DNA of 64,000 nucleotides from Verrucomicrobia bacterium UBA1200 (GTDB lineage: Bacteria > Verrucomicrobiota > Kiritimatiellia > RFP12 > UBA1067). Position numbers and translations under genes: made by a program. Shown here one piece after another: positions 15,542 to 25,579 of this stretch; the stretch's first letter is position 1, and every line of letters starts with the position of its first letter. The notes under the pieces are model-generated. The model worked only from the letters and a program-made list of their open reading frames with translations. It did no database searches and had not been told where the DNA came from. The stretch is taken from positions 134,361 to 198,360 of the forward strand of contig DBXY01000022.1 in NCBI GenBank assembly GCA_002309765.1, in the 5' to 3' direction.

Positions 15542-18500
15542 ATGACGATAAAAAAGTGGGTTGCAATTGCCGTATTTTGTGCGGCATTTTTATCTGGTGC
15601 GGCGTTTGCCGATACCATTTACTCGCCGGGTGGCCAAGGATGGGGCGCGGCGCTTACAGTTGGCAACGGCGAAACCGTCGTGATCGATGCGGGCGATGCC
15701 GCAAACGTATGGTCTGGTGCCGTCACGGTCGAAGCGGGCGGTATTCTCAAGACGCGCGGCAAGCTCTCAATCATGGGTGTCGCCACGGTGAAGACCGGGG
15801 CCACGCTTGACGTCGAGAGCGGCACGTCCTTCATCGCATTCAATTCACGCACCGCGACCGGCACCACGATCGTCCGCTCCGGCGCGACGCTGGAGCTCAA
15901 CCGTTCTGACGCCTTCAACTACTCCAACGGCTTCATCCTCCATGTGTACGGCACGCTTGCTTGCGCTGGAAACCGCATATCAGTCGACAGTACGGACCAC
16001 ATCTACATCCACGACGGCGCGCTCATCACCGGCGCGGGCGACGGCAACGGCATCATCGACGTGTTCAAGGCCGACACCCGCATCGTGGTCGATGGCGAGA
16101 GCGTGATAGACGGGCCAATCAAGGCGCGTTTCACAGATGCGGCACTCAACATCGCCTGTTGCGAGAACGCACACCCGTATTTCAAGGGCGGATTCATCTA
16201 CGGCACATCCTCCAACGGCAAGGGCAACATCGTCCAGGTGGCCGCCACGGTTGACGAAGGCAATGCCTCGGGAACGTGCGTAAACGCCGTCATCGAGATC
16301 GGCCCCAGCACCGGTCAGGGCAAGTTCGTGTTCACTTCGAAGGGCATCGTGCATCTCGCGGGCGATACGCAGTCCTATTCCGTCGAGACGACCGGCGCGG
16401 AGCTAGATATCGTCGCCGAGAAATCAGTCGCTGGCGAATGGCACGCTGCCGTGCAGACGCTTCCCGCAATCACCACTTCCACCGCCACTGTATACCTGAA
16501 GGGTGACGGCGTGGTGGCTCTCCAAAGCGCCGCGCCCGCTTACCCGATTGCGTTCGCCGGCGCCACGCTTCAGATCGACTCCGGCTCTCCCGTGGCTCTC
16601 GCGGCCGGCTCTTCAGTGACGGCCGACACGCTGGTGGGCGTTGACGGTCTTGCCGCGAACACGGCGGCCACGCTCTTCACCGGTGCCGCAGCCGACTTCG
16701 ACGTCTCTAAGGTCACCGCCGCCGCCATGCACAACGGCATTACGATCTCGGCTCCCACCGCCACAGCGCTTGACGGCGCCAGCGTGACAATCGCAGGCCT
16801 GCCCGCGTACGACGCCTCCGCGTGGATTGAGCCTTTCATCCGCGCCAAGGGCCTCATCTGGTTGGACGCTTCGGACGCAGCGAACTTCGTGTTCAAGGAC
16901 AACACCTTCGGCCTCGTTCAGACCTGGAAGGATCGCACCACGTACCACCGCGACGCATCGTTCTACACGTCGCCCGCGCCAGACAAGTACTCCCGCAACT
17001 ACGGCGAGTACGGCATCTCGGCCGGCGTCCCCGCGTTCCTAATGGGCGCGACCGGCAGCAGCATCGACCTGAAGTACACCCGCATGACGAACATACGCAC
17101 CATCTTCTGGGTGATGGCCGTCGAGCAGGACGCCAACGCCTGGTTCCTCGGCGATTCTGGGGTCTACCGTTTCCACCGCACAACCACGCTTGCGTACGCA
17201 TACGACAACAGCAACGTCTATTTCAAAAACGGCAGTATCTACTGTGACGGCGCGAAGGTAAATAATCCCGTATCTGACATTCCCCCGACCGATCGCCACG
17301 TGTATTCCACTGTCAACACGTCGAACAACATGGAGAGCGACTACCTCACCAGCGATGTCCGCGACTCCAATATGGCAGCCGCACGTTCGGGCGGACGCGA
17401 CATCTCGGAGCTAATCGCGTTCGACTTCGCGATGTCCGACGCCGACCGCGAGGCCATCGAGGCGTATCTTGCAGCGAAATGGATGGGCGCCAGCCCGTCC
17501 GCGGCCGGAGTTAACGGCACATACAAGTTCACCGGCGAAGCGACAGTTGACGGTTCGCTCAGCGGCGACAAGAATCTCGTGTTCGCCGAAAGCGCTTCGA
17601 TCTCGATTGTAAATCCCAGCTCCGAAGACTCAATGCTCAAAACGACCGGCACGATGGAGCTTCCCGCAGGCGCGGCGTTGCCCATTACGGTGGACGCGCG
17701 TTCGCTCATGCCCGGCACGTACACGGTCATCGAGACGACGGGCGGAATCACGTCGCTTGACCAGTTTGCGGCGACGGCGCAGATTGCAGGCGGAGTCTCG
17801 GCGACGTTCTTCGTGGCCGACGGATGCCTTAAGATGACGATCACTTCCACCACAACCGCCACGCTGCAAACGTGGCGCCCGCAGAGCGCGACCGACCTCG
17901 GTTGGAACGCGACGAGCGAAAACTGGCTGCTCACCGGGGGCGACGTAATGAGTGGATTCTTGAACTTCGTGCCGGTTTTGTTCGACGGCAACGAGACGGT
18001 CTCGGGTCCCGTGGAGGTGACTGGCGAGCACACGATGGGCCCGCTCAACGTCACCGGAAACAAGGACTACACGTTCACGGGTGACGGCGCACTTCTGGGA
18101 GCAGAACCCATCACTCTCGGCGGTTCGGGCACGATAACGTTGAACGGGCCAAGCCTGGGCGATCAGGAGATCGTGATCGACGCCGGGCGGAAGGTCGTGC
18201 TCGGCGAAAACGCATCCGAAAGCTCTCTTGGCACTGACAGCGGATCCACCGGCGGCAAGGTGACGGTGAGAGAGGGCGGCCAGTTCAACGCCAACTACCT
18301 CGAGACCACGGCCGTCAACACGGCACCGCGTGCCGAGCTGACACACCGCAAGACGTTCGTCATCGCGGGCGACGGTCCCGACGGACGCGGCGCGTTCATC
18401 AACGACGCCCTCGACGGGCGCACTGTGCACGACACGGTCTGGGCCTCGGTACTAAGGCGCGTCGAGCTCTCCGGCGACGCGACAATCGGCGGCGTGGACC

Positions 18501-21500
18501 GCTTCGACGTGCGCGACCGCGTGGGCACCACGGGCACCGCGACGCCTGGCATCTACGGTCCCGATAAGAAGCTCACCATCAAGACCACCGGCTGGTTCGG
18601 CCTAATCAACCATCCGATCGAGGTCGGAAGCATGCTGATCACAGACGGCGGCGTGTTCCGTCCCGAAGGAGTCGGCGAGGCGAAGTTCACAATCCCCGGC
18701 GGCATAACGCTCGACAACGGCACGCTCCACTGCTTCAGCAGCGCGTTCCCCGCCGACATCGCCTTCATCGTGGAGGCCGGCGGCGGCCAGTTCAACGCCC
18801 AAAGCGGTAACACAACGATCAAGGGCCCCGTCACACTGAAAGAAGGCGCTGCGCTTGAACTCGCCGGATCGGGTACGGGATATTCAGTCACCTATTCGGG
18901 TGGAATGAACGTGGCTTCTGGAACGGTGAAGACGACCGGCGGCAGGCACAACCTTGCGAGTCCGTATGACGGAACTGTCATTACCCAAGCCGGTGCCGAC
19001 ACTTATCTCGCCAACGGATTCGTTTCGGGCGATCTCGAGGTGACTCACACTTCCGGCGGATTCTTCCTTCAGGAGGGATCGAAGGCCGGAACGATCAACG
19101 TGACACATTCGGGAGGTTCGGTCGGCATCCTTGCGGCAAACAATCCGGCGCCGGAGTTCACCGCGCTCAACATCACCTCCACAGGCGGCGCGATCGACCT
19201 GCGTCCGCAAACGGCGGGCGAGCTTGACCTAGCGGGGCCGTTGAACGTCAGCCAAAGCGCAGGAAACATCTACGTTTACGGTCCCAACAACAACGACGAA
19301 TACGGTATCGCAATGAAGATGACCGGTTCCGCTGCGACGCTCTCGGTCGGACTCAACTCGAACCGTCCGGGCAAATTGCGCCTCAAAGCGGGTACCGACC
19401 TCACGGTCAATAACCTTTATCTTGCCGAAGCAGGCAGCAAGCCGTGCCGCGGTCATCTGATAATCGATCAAGGCGCAAAGGTCAAGGTAACGGGAGGTTT
19501 GAGAAACGGACACTGGCAGACTGCGCCGGATAAAGCGGCGACACACACCATTGACATCTGTGGCGAACTCGATGCGACGGGCATCAACGTGGCCAATCCA
19601 TGGGATTCGCCGCGCTCCGAGATTTATGTCAGGCCCGGCGCAGTGTTTAAGGCCAACGGATTCTACACCCGTTCCAACTATCCCTACGGTAACGGCGTGG
19701 ACGCGGGCGATGGCCGTCAGTGGCTCATGATGGAGGGCGGCAGGCTCGAGCTTGGCAGCTACGGCTTCAACGGCCACACGATTCCCGGCGTGGCCAAAGT
19801 TGACTTCCAGAACGGCGAGATCGTCAATGTTTCGTCCGCATGGGGCGGCGTGCAGGGCTTCCCGGTGTTCTTCGGCTATGACAAGCTCGGCGGCAGCGTT
19901 GTGTTCGACATGGACGAATACTATGTCAACTGGAACCAGGCACTTTCCGGCTCAAGTGACCTTACAATCAAGGGATCCGTCAACTTCACGGGCGCACGCG
20001 TGGATGACAGAATGCAGGGTGTCACGCTTGGAAAGCTCACGATTGAAAATACCGGCGGCAACGATCTTCGCGTGACCTCGGCCTTCTCCGGCGGACTGAC
20101 GCTGGCGGACGGCGTGAATGCGCAGGTAGCCAAGTATTCCGACGAACGTTACATGTGCGCCGTGGCTGCGGATGGTGCACAGGACAATGCGGCCGCAAGC
20201 AATTGGAGCTATCCGTTCGCCTCATCGGACTTCTTCCCGTTCATAAACCGCTACTACAGCACCCAGGCGCGTTCGAACCTTGCCACGCTCGGACGCGGCG
20301 AGTTCTACGTGCCGGAGGACAAGGCGGGCGTGTGGACATTCGTGGGCAACTACGACGACAAGATCCGCATGGACGTGGACGGTGCGCAGGTGTTCAAGAC
20401 CACATCCTGGAGCGCCATGGGCAAAGGGCAGGTTGAGCTTGCGGCCGGCTGGCACAAGTTCACGATCGCGGTCTATGCCGGCGGACAGCCCGGCGGACCC
20501 TCCAACTCCGGATTCAAGAACCGCATGGCCGTGGGCTATCTGCCTTCTGCCTCCGACTCCACGAACGGCAACGACTACACTCCGTTCATGCCCGGCGGCG
20601 AGCTGCAGATACGTCCGTGTGTCAACGCCTGCGTGTGGAGCTGGCAGAACGGCAACGCCAACTGGGACACGACCGAGAACTGGGCGCACATCAAGTGCAT
20701 GGACTCGACGAAGTTCATGCACACTAGCGGAGACTCCGACAATGCCAACGACTGGAAGAGCTACTTCTCCGGCAAGGCCAGCAAGATCAACGGCTGGTTC
20801 AAGGTCGAGCCTGGGAAAGAGGGCGAGTGGACGTTCAAGATGGCGTACGACGACTACAAGATGGTCACCATCGATGGCGAGACGCTCTTCAGCAAGACAT
20901 CCCAGTGGTATGACGTGTACGCGGGTAAGAAGGAACTTGAGGTGGGTTGGCACCGCTGGGAGATCCGCTTCGGCGACGGCTCTGGCGGATGGGGTCCGGC
21001 GAAGTATAACGGCGTGTTCATAAACGACGGCAACACGCTCAGCTTCATCGAGCCAGGCAGCACCGAGAACAAACAGTGGAACGAGGACAACATCAAGCTT
21101 GCGGCCACGCTCGGTGATATCGCAGTGCTGGAACCGACCGGCATCTATAAGGAACTGGAGCTTTGCGAAGGTTCCACGCTAACTTCCACCGGTACGATGG
21201 CAATGCCAATCTTCGGTACGCTAAAGGGTACCGGTACGCTCGCGGGCGACTTCGCATTTGAAGGCGATGTCAACTGCTGGGACGTCACCGGCGAAGCAGC
21301 CAACAAAGAGCTGGCAAGGGTGACTTTCGCCAATGCATCTGCAAACACTTTTGCCGGGCTTAAGTCCGTCAAGGCAACCTTCGATGGCAAACCGCGGGTA
21401 TCCACCTACTTCCTCACGGATGCCGTGTCAGGTCTAACGGACGGCGTGGTTGAAGATGTCGCCGTTACCGCGACTTACGGCACTACGGACGTCTCTGAAG

Positions 21501-21580
21501 ACTTCTATCTTTCGATTGAAGGCAGCCGAATGGTGTTGAAGAACAAAAAGCCCGCCGGGCTGATAATAATCATCCAATAA
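15542..21580 (+). CDS. giant secreted adhesin-like protein (2012 aa): beta-helix/autotransporter-associated-repeat-like regions, LamG-like module, two PA14-like modules
   Basis: Start trimmed to ATG 15542 (MTIKKWVAIAVFCAAFLSGAAFA signal). G/T/A-rich repeats such as TGNKDYTFTGDGALLGAEPITLGGSGTITLNG are present. The LamG-like block is LIWLDASDAANFVF...ELIAFDFAMSDADREAIEAYLAAKWMG (about 16830..17510). The PA14-like blocks are GEFYVPEDKAGVWTFVGNYDDKIRMDVDG (about 20290..20520) and INGWFKVEPGKEGEWTFKMAYDDYKMVTIDG (about 20785..21010). Confidence 0.75.
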   Translation: MTIKKWVAIAVFCAAFLSGAAFADTIYSPGGQGWGAALTVGNGETVVIDAGDAANVWSGAVTVEAGGILKTRGKLSIMGVATVKTGATLDVESGTSFIAFNSRTATGTTIVRSGATLELNRSDAFNYSNGFILHVYGTLACAGNRISVDSTDHIYIHDGALITGAGDGNGIIDVFKADTRIVVDGESVIDGPIKARFTDAALNIACCENAHPYFKGGFIYGTSSNGKGNIVQVAATVDEGNASGTCVNAVIEIGPSTGQGKFVFTSKGIVHLAGDTQSYSVETTGAELDIVAEKSVAGEWHAAVQTLPAITTSTATVYLKGDGVVALQSAAPAYPIAFAGATLQIDSGSPVALAAGSSVTADTLVGVDGLAANTAATLFTGAAADFDVSKVTAAAMHNGITISAPTATALDGASVTIAGLPAYDASAWIEPFIRAKGLIWLDASDAANFVFKDNTFGLVQTWKDRTTYHRDASFYTSPAPDKYSRNYGEYGISAGVPAFLMGATGSSIDLKYTRMTNIRTIFWVMAVEQDANAWFLGDSGVYRFHRTTTLAYAYDNSNVYFKNGSIYCDGAKVNNPVSDIPPTDRHVYSTVNTSNNMESDYLTSDVRDSNMAAARSGGRDISELIAFDFAMSDADREAIEAYLAAKWMGASPSAAGVNGTYKFTGEATVDGSLSGDKNLVFAESASISIVNPSSEDSMLKTTGTMELPAGAALPITVDARSLMPGTYTVIETTGGITSLDQFAATAQIAGGVSATFFVADGCLKMTITSTTTATLQTWRPQSATDLGWNATSENWLLTGGDVMSGFLNFVPVLFDGNETVSGPVEVTGEHTMGPLNVTGNKDYTFTGDGALLGAEPITLGGSGTITLNGPSLGDQEIVIDAGRKVVLGENASESSLGTDSGSTGGKVTVREGGQFNANYLETTAVNTAPRAELTHRKTFVIAGDGPDGRGAFINDALDGRTVHDTVWASVLRRVELSGDATIGGVDRFDVRDRVGTTGTATPGIYGPDKKLTIKTTGWFGLINHPIEVGSMLITDGGVFRPEGVGEAKFTIPGGITLDNGTLHCFSSAFPADIAFIVEAGGGQFNAQSGNTTIKGPVTLKEGAALELAGSGTGYSVTYSGGMNVASGTVKTTGGRHNLASPYDGTVITQAGADTYLANGFVSGDLEVTHTSGGFFLQEGSKAGTINVTHSGGSVGILAANNPAPEFTALNITSTGGAIDLRPQTAGELDLAGPLNVSQSAGNIYVYGPNNNDEYGIAMKMTGSAATLSVGLNSNRPGKLRLKAGTDLTVNNLYLAEAGSKPCRGHLIIDQGAKVKVTGGLRNGHWQTAPDKAATHTIDICGELDATGINVANPWDSPRSEIYVRPGAVFKANGFYTRSNYPYGNGVDAGDGRQWLMMEGGRLELGSYGFNGHTIPGVAKVDFQNGEIVNVSSAWGGVQGFPVFFGYDKLGGSVVFDMDEYYVNWNQALSGSSDLTIKGSVNFTGARVDDRMQGVTLGKLTIENTGGNDLRVTSAFSGGLTLADGVNAQVAKYSDERYMCAVAADGAQDNAAASNWSYPFASSDFFPFINRYYSTQARSNLATLGRGEFYVPEDKAGVWTFVGNYDDKIRMDVDGAQVFKTTSWSAMGKGQVELAAGWHKFTIAVYAGGQPGGPSNSGFKNRMAVGYLPSASDSTNGNDYTPFMPGGELQIRPCVNACVWSWQNGNANWDTTENWAHIKCMDSTKFMHTSGDSDNANDWKSYFSGKASKINGWFKVEPGKEGEWTFKMAYDDYKMVTIDGETLFSKTSQWYDVYAGKKELEVGWHRWEIRFGDGSGGWGPAKYNGVFINDGNTLSFIEPGSTENKQWNEDNIKLAATLGDIAVLEPTGIYKELELCEGSTLTSTGTMAMPIFGTLKGTGTLAGDFAFEGDVNCWDVTGEAANKELARVTFANASANTFAGLKSVKATFDGKPRVSTYFLTDAVSGLTDGVVEDVAVTATYGTTDVSEDFYLSIEGSRMVLKNKKPAGLIIIIQ

Positions 21581-21621
21581 CAGAGATACCCATAAGGCAA
21601 ATTTCCAAGCCTAAATCATCA

Positions 21622-21648
21622 GGGCGGCCGTTACCGGCCGCCCTTTTT
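21622..21648 (+). terminator. rho-independent terminator after the giant gene
   Basis: GGGCGGCCG, loop ttac, CGGCCGCCC (perfect 9-bp stem), then TTTTT (21644..21648). Confidence 0.8.
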
Positions 21649-21665
21649 CGTCATTCATTTTTTCA

Positions 21666-21694
21666 TTGGAAATCGTCTGCCGTTATGGTAAGAT
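21666..21694 (+). promoter_or_regulatory. promoter candidate for purC-iorAB
   Basis: TTGGAA, a 17-nt spacer, then TAAGAT. Located about 35 nt upstream of purC. Confidence 0.35.
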
Positions 21695-21727
21695 ATCAAC
21701 ATTTCACTGACTTTTTGGAGACGTGTG

Positions 21728-22630
21728 ATGAAGTATGATAAAAACCACGCTTTGCTTGCGACAGCGATTCCTGGGCTGCCAGCCCCCAAAAGCGGCAAGG
21801 TCCGTGATGTTTTTGATTTGGGCGACAAGTTGCTGATGGTGGTGACCGACCGTATCAGCGCGTTTGACGTGATTTTACCCTCCGGAGTACCGGACAAGGG
21901 CAAAGTACTGAACCAGTTGTCACTGTTCTGGATGGAATTCTTGGGCATGAAGAACCATCTTATCACCGCTGACGTTGACGAATATCCCGCTGAGCTGAAG
22001 GTGGTAAAGGACGACTTGCGGGGCCGTTCCATGTTGGTCAAGAAAGTGAACATGGTGGAGGTGGAATGCATCGCCCGCGGTTACCTCACCGGCAGCGGCT
22101 GGAAGGAGTACCAAAAGAGCGGCACGGTCAACGGCCAGCAACTGCGGGCCGGATACCAGAATGCCTCAAAGCTGGACGAAGTACTCTTCACGCCCACCAC
22201 CAAAGCGGCGATCGGTGACCATGACGAGGCGATTGATTACGCGCAGACCGAACAACTGGTCGGCGCAGCCACCGCTGCGGCGCTCCGCGATGCCACGCTC
22301 TCGCTTTACACCCGCGCCGCGGATTACGCGCTCCAGCATGGCATCATCATTGCCGACACCAAATTTGAATTCGGCAAGGATGCTGATGGGTCGCTGATTC
22401 TAGCCGACGAAGTGCTGACGCCAGATTCAAGCCGTTTCTGGCCGTTGGACAGTTACTCCGTCGGAAACAATCCGCCTTCGTTGGATAAGCAGTTTGTTCG
22501 CGATTGGTTGGATAGCGTACACTTCAACCATCAGCCGCCGGCGCCGGAACTACCAGACGACGTGGTGGCAAAAACCCGGGCGAAATACGTTGAGGCGTAT
22601 GAAACCCTCTCCAAGCGTCAGCTGATATAA
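21728..22630 (+). CDS. purC: phosphoribosylaminoimidazole-succinocarboxamide synthase (SAICAR synthetase)
   Basis: SGKVRDVFDLGDKLLMVVTDRISAFDVIL, ADTKFEFG and LADEVLTPDSSRFW are typical long-form PurC motifs. The ORF track starts at GTG 21725. ATG 21728 is preferred. Confidence 0.9.
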   Translation: MKYDKNHALLATAIPGLPAPKSGKVRDVFDLGDKLLMVVTDRISAFDVILPSGVPDKGKVLNQLSLFWMEFLGMKNHLITADVDEYPAELKVVKDDLRGRSMLVKKVNMVEVECIARGYLTGSGWKEYQKSGTVNGQQLRAGYQNASKLDEVLFTPTTKAAIGDHDEAIDYAQTEQLVGAATAAALRDATLSLYTRAADYALQHGIIIADTKFEFGKDADGSLILADEVLTPDSSRFWPLDSYSVGNNPPSLDKQFVRDWLDSVHFNHQPPAPELPDDVVAKTRAKYVEAYETLSKRQLI

Positions 22631-22668
22631 TCGCGTGACCGGATTACACCGTTTTACAAGGAGAAATT

Positions 22669-24444
22669 ATGAGCCGTAAAGTCTTACTGTCCGCCAACGA
22701 GGCGGTCGCCTGGGCTGCCTGCAAAGCGGGTTGCCATGTCGCGTCAGCCTATCCCGGCACCCCCAGCACCGAGATTCTGGAAAATATCGCGAAATTCAAA
22801 GACACCATCAACTGCGAGTGGGCGGTGAACGAGAAGGTCGCGATGGAGGTGGCGGTCGGTGCCTCGATCGCCGGAGCCCGCGCCCTCACCGCCATGAAAC
22901 ACGTCGGTTTGAATGTGGCGATGGACCCGCTGATGACCTACACCTACGTCGGCACCAACGGCGGCCTGGTGATCGTCTCCGCCGATGACCCCGGCATGCA
23001 CAGTTCCCAAAACGAGCAGGACAACCGCAACATCGCCAAATTCGCCCGCGCACCGCTCTTCGAGCCAGCGGACAGCCAAGAGGCGTTCGATATGGTTCAA
23101 GCGGCGTTTGAGGTTTCCGAGCAGTTCCACGCCCCATGTTTTATCCGTTTGACCACCCGCACCTCCCACACCTCCACCGTGGTGGACGTTGGCGACGATT
23201 TCGGTCCCGGCAACACGCCGGTAAAACCGTATGTAAAGGACATCTCCCGCACCATCCCGGTGCCGATGTTCGCCCGCGGGCAGCGGCTGAAAGCCCAGGA
23301 ACGCACCGCCGCGTTGCGCGCTTTCGCCGAGACTTCGCCGTTTAACCGCATCGAACCCGGTGACCGCCGTCTCGGCATCGTAACCTCCGGGGTTTGCTAC
23401 CAATACGTCAAAGAGGTCTTCCCGGAATTCAGCGTGCTGAAACTCGGTCTGTCCAATCCGTTGCCGTTCGAACTGATTCGTAAATTCGCCGAATCGGTCG
23501 ACAAGCTGCTGGTGGTGGAAGAGTTGGACCCGTTCCTGGAAGAGCAACTGCTCGCCATGGGGCTGGAGCTGGTCCGCCACGAGACGGAACTGAACATGCT
23601 GGAGATGAACCCCACGCGGTTAATCGCGTTGCGCAAAGAACTGTTGGGCGACGTGGAGCTTCCGATGGTCAAACGCGCCGATGCCGGTCTGCCCACCCGT
23701 CCGCCAGTGCTGTGCGCCGGATGCAGCCATCGCGGCGTGTTCTACACACTAGCCAAGCTGGGCGCGACCGTCACCGGCGATATCGGGTGCTACACCTTGG
23801 GCGCGTTTCCCCCGCTCAACGCGATGGACACCACCATCTGTATGGGCGCCAGCATTGGCAACGCTTTCGGTATGGAGAAAGCCGGTCACAAGGGACGAAT
23901 CGCCGCCGTGCTGGGCGACTCGACCTTCTTCCACTCCGGCATGACCGGAATCCTCAATGTGCTCTATAACGGCGGCAAGGTCACCACCGTGGTGCTGGAC
24001 AACCGTATCACCGGCATGACCGGGCATCAGGACAACCCCGGTTCCGGCAAGACGCTCACCGGCGATCCCGCCCCGGTCACCGATATCGCCGAAGTCGCCC
24101 GCGGCATGGGCTACAAGCGGGTGGAAAAAGTCTCCGCATACGACCTCCCGAAACTTGAGGCGGTGCTTAAAGAGGCGTTGGACGTCGACGAACCGGCGGT
24201 TGTCATCGCCGGCGGACCGTGCCGGATCGCGGCAAAACTGACCCGCGCCGGGACCTACGCGGTGGATACCGAAAAATGCAAGGCCTGCGGAGCCTGTTTC
24301 AAGCTGGGTTGCCCGGCGATTGTCCGCGGCGAAGCGGTGGCGGACGGCAAGCGGTTTAAATCCAGCATCGACCCCAACCAATGCGCGGGGTGCGGGTTGT
24401 GCCCGCAAGTGTGCAAATTTGACGCCATCAAAAAAATCCGTTAA
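22669..24444 (+). CDS. iorA: indolepyruvate:ferredoxin oxidoreductase subunit alpha
   Basis: N-terminus LLSANEAVAWAACKAGCHVASAYPGTPSTEILE, a TPP-binding GDSTFFHSG block, and C-terminal 2x[4Fe-4S] motifs CKACGACFKLGCP / CAGCGLCPQVC. AAGGAG SD upstream. Confidence 0.85.
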   Translation: MSRKVLLSANEAVAWAACKAGCHVASAYPGTPSTEILENIAKFKDTINCEWAVNEKVAMEVAVGASIAGARALTAMKHVGLNVAMDPLMTYTYVGTNGGLVIVSADDPGMHSSQNEQDNRNIAKFARAPLFEPADSQEAFDMVQAAFEVSEQFHAPCFIRLTTRTSHTSTVVDVGDDFGPGNTPVKPYVKDISRTIPVPMFARGQRLKAQERTAALRAFAETSPFNRIEPGDRRLGIVTSGVCYQYVKEVFPEFSVLKLGLSNPLPFELIRKFAESVDKLLVVEELDPFLEEQLLAMGLELVRHETELNMLEMNPTRLIALRKELLGDVELPMVKRADAGLPTRPPVLCAGCSHRGVFYTLAKLGATVTGDIGCYTLGAFPPLNAMDTTICMGASIGNAFGMEKAGHKGRIAAVLGDSTFFHSGMTGILNVLYNGGKVTTVVLDNRITGMTGHQDNPGSGKTLTGDPAPVTDIAEVARGMGYKRVEKVSAYDLPKLEAVLKEALDVDEPAVVIAGGPCRIAAKLTRAGTYAVDTEKCKACGACFKLGCPAIVRGEAVADGKRFKSSIDPNQCAGCGLCPQVCKFDAIKKIR

Positions 24445-24453
24445 CTGGAGATT

Positions 24454-25038
24454 GTGCAAATGAAGACGATGAATGTTTCTTTGGTCGGCGTCGGCGGACA
24501 GGGCATCTTACTCACCAGCGATATTCTGGCCAAAACCGCCACGCTGGCGGGATGCGACGTTAAAAAGAGCGAGATTCACGGCATGGCCCAGCGCGGCGGC
24601 AGCGTGATCAGTCAAGTGCGCTTCGGCGACAAGGTTTATTCGCCGATCATTCCGGACGGGACCAGCGACCTGCTGGTCTCTTTTGACCGGCTGGAAACGC
24701 TCCGCTGGCGGCATCTGCTGGCCACCAACGGCAAAGTGCTGATGAACGACACGTACATAACCCCGATCACCGTTTCCAGCGGACAGCAGCCGGAGGTGGA
24801 AGACCTCTCTGGGAAACTGGCTGCCGAGTATCCCGACCTGCTTAAAATCGACGCCATGCAGCTGGCCGAGAGCCTGGGCAACATCCGCACGATGAACATG
24901 GTCATCGCCGGGGCTTTGTCCACCCTCACCCCGTTCGGCGCCGAACTTTGGCAGGAGGCGATGCGCCAACGCATCCCGGCCAAGCTGATCGACCTTAACC
25001 TTAAGGCATTCGATTTGGGACGGCAGGCGGTTCTTTAA
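24454..25038 (+). CDS. iorB: indolepyruvate:ferredoxin oxidoreductase subunit beta
   Basis: VGVGGQGILLTSDILA and GMAQRGGSV are gamma/IorB-type motifs. The gene lies immediately downstream of iorA. An alternative ATG start is at 24460. Confidence 0.85.
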   Translation: MQMKTMNVSLVGVGGQGILLTSDILAKTATLAGCDVKKSEIHGMAQRGGSVISQVRFGDKVYSPIIPDGTSDLLVSFDRLETLRWRHLLATNGKVLMNDTYITPITVSSGQQPEVEDLSGKLAAEYPDLLKIDAMQLAESLGNIRTMNMVIAGALSTLTPFGAELWQEAMRQRIPAKLIDLNLKAFDLGRQAVL

Positions 25039-25046
25039 GGATCTCC

Positions 25047-25565
25047 ATGAGAATACTTTTCATCAGCGACATCCACGGTGTCCCGTCAACTCTGGAAACG
25101 GCGTTGGCAGCCGGAGACAAATTGGGCTACGACCGTATCGTCCTGTTGGGCGACCTGCTTGCCCACGGTCCGCGCAACGGCGTACCCAATTTCTACGACC
25201 CGCCCAAGGTAGCCGAAATCCTGAACCGCCATAAAGACCGGATCATCGCGGTTCGCGGCAATTGCGACTCCGAGGTTGACCAAATGATGATGCAGTTCCC
25301 GATTATGGGGGATTATGCCGAGTTGGATGCGGATGGCGAACGGTTTTTCCTAACCCACGGCCATTTGTGGAACGAGTTCCGGTTGCCGCCGGTTGGCACC
25401 GGAACCATCCTTGTGCACGGGCACACCCACATCGCCGAGAAAAAGCGGCTAGAATGCGGGGTCACCATTTTCAACCCCGGTTCCGTCTCTCTGCCCAAAG
25501 CCGGACAAGACCGTTCCTTCGGTTATTGGGACGGCCACGACCTGTTCCACTACCCCGTGGTTTGA
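25047..25565 (+). CDS. yfcE: YfcE/MJ0936-family metallophosphoesterase
   Basis: MRILFISDIHG, GDLLAHGPRN, GNCDS and HGHTH metallophosphoesterase blocks. The 172-aa size fits. Confidence 0.75.
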   Translation: MRILFISDIHGVPSTLETALAAGDKLGYDRIVLLGDLLAHGPRNGVPNFYDPPKVAEILNRHKDRIIAVRGNCDSEVDQMMMQFPIMGDYAELDADGERFFLTHGHLWNEFRLPPVGTGTILVHGHTHIAEKKRLECGVTIFNPGSVSLPKAGQDRSFGYWDGHDLFHYPVV

Positions 25566-25579
25566 CTTCCGAATAACCC

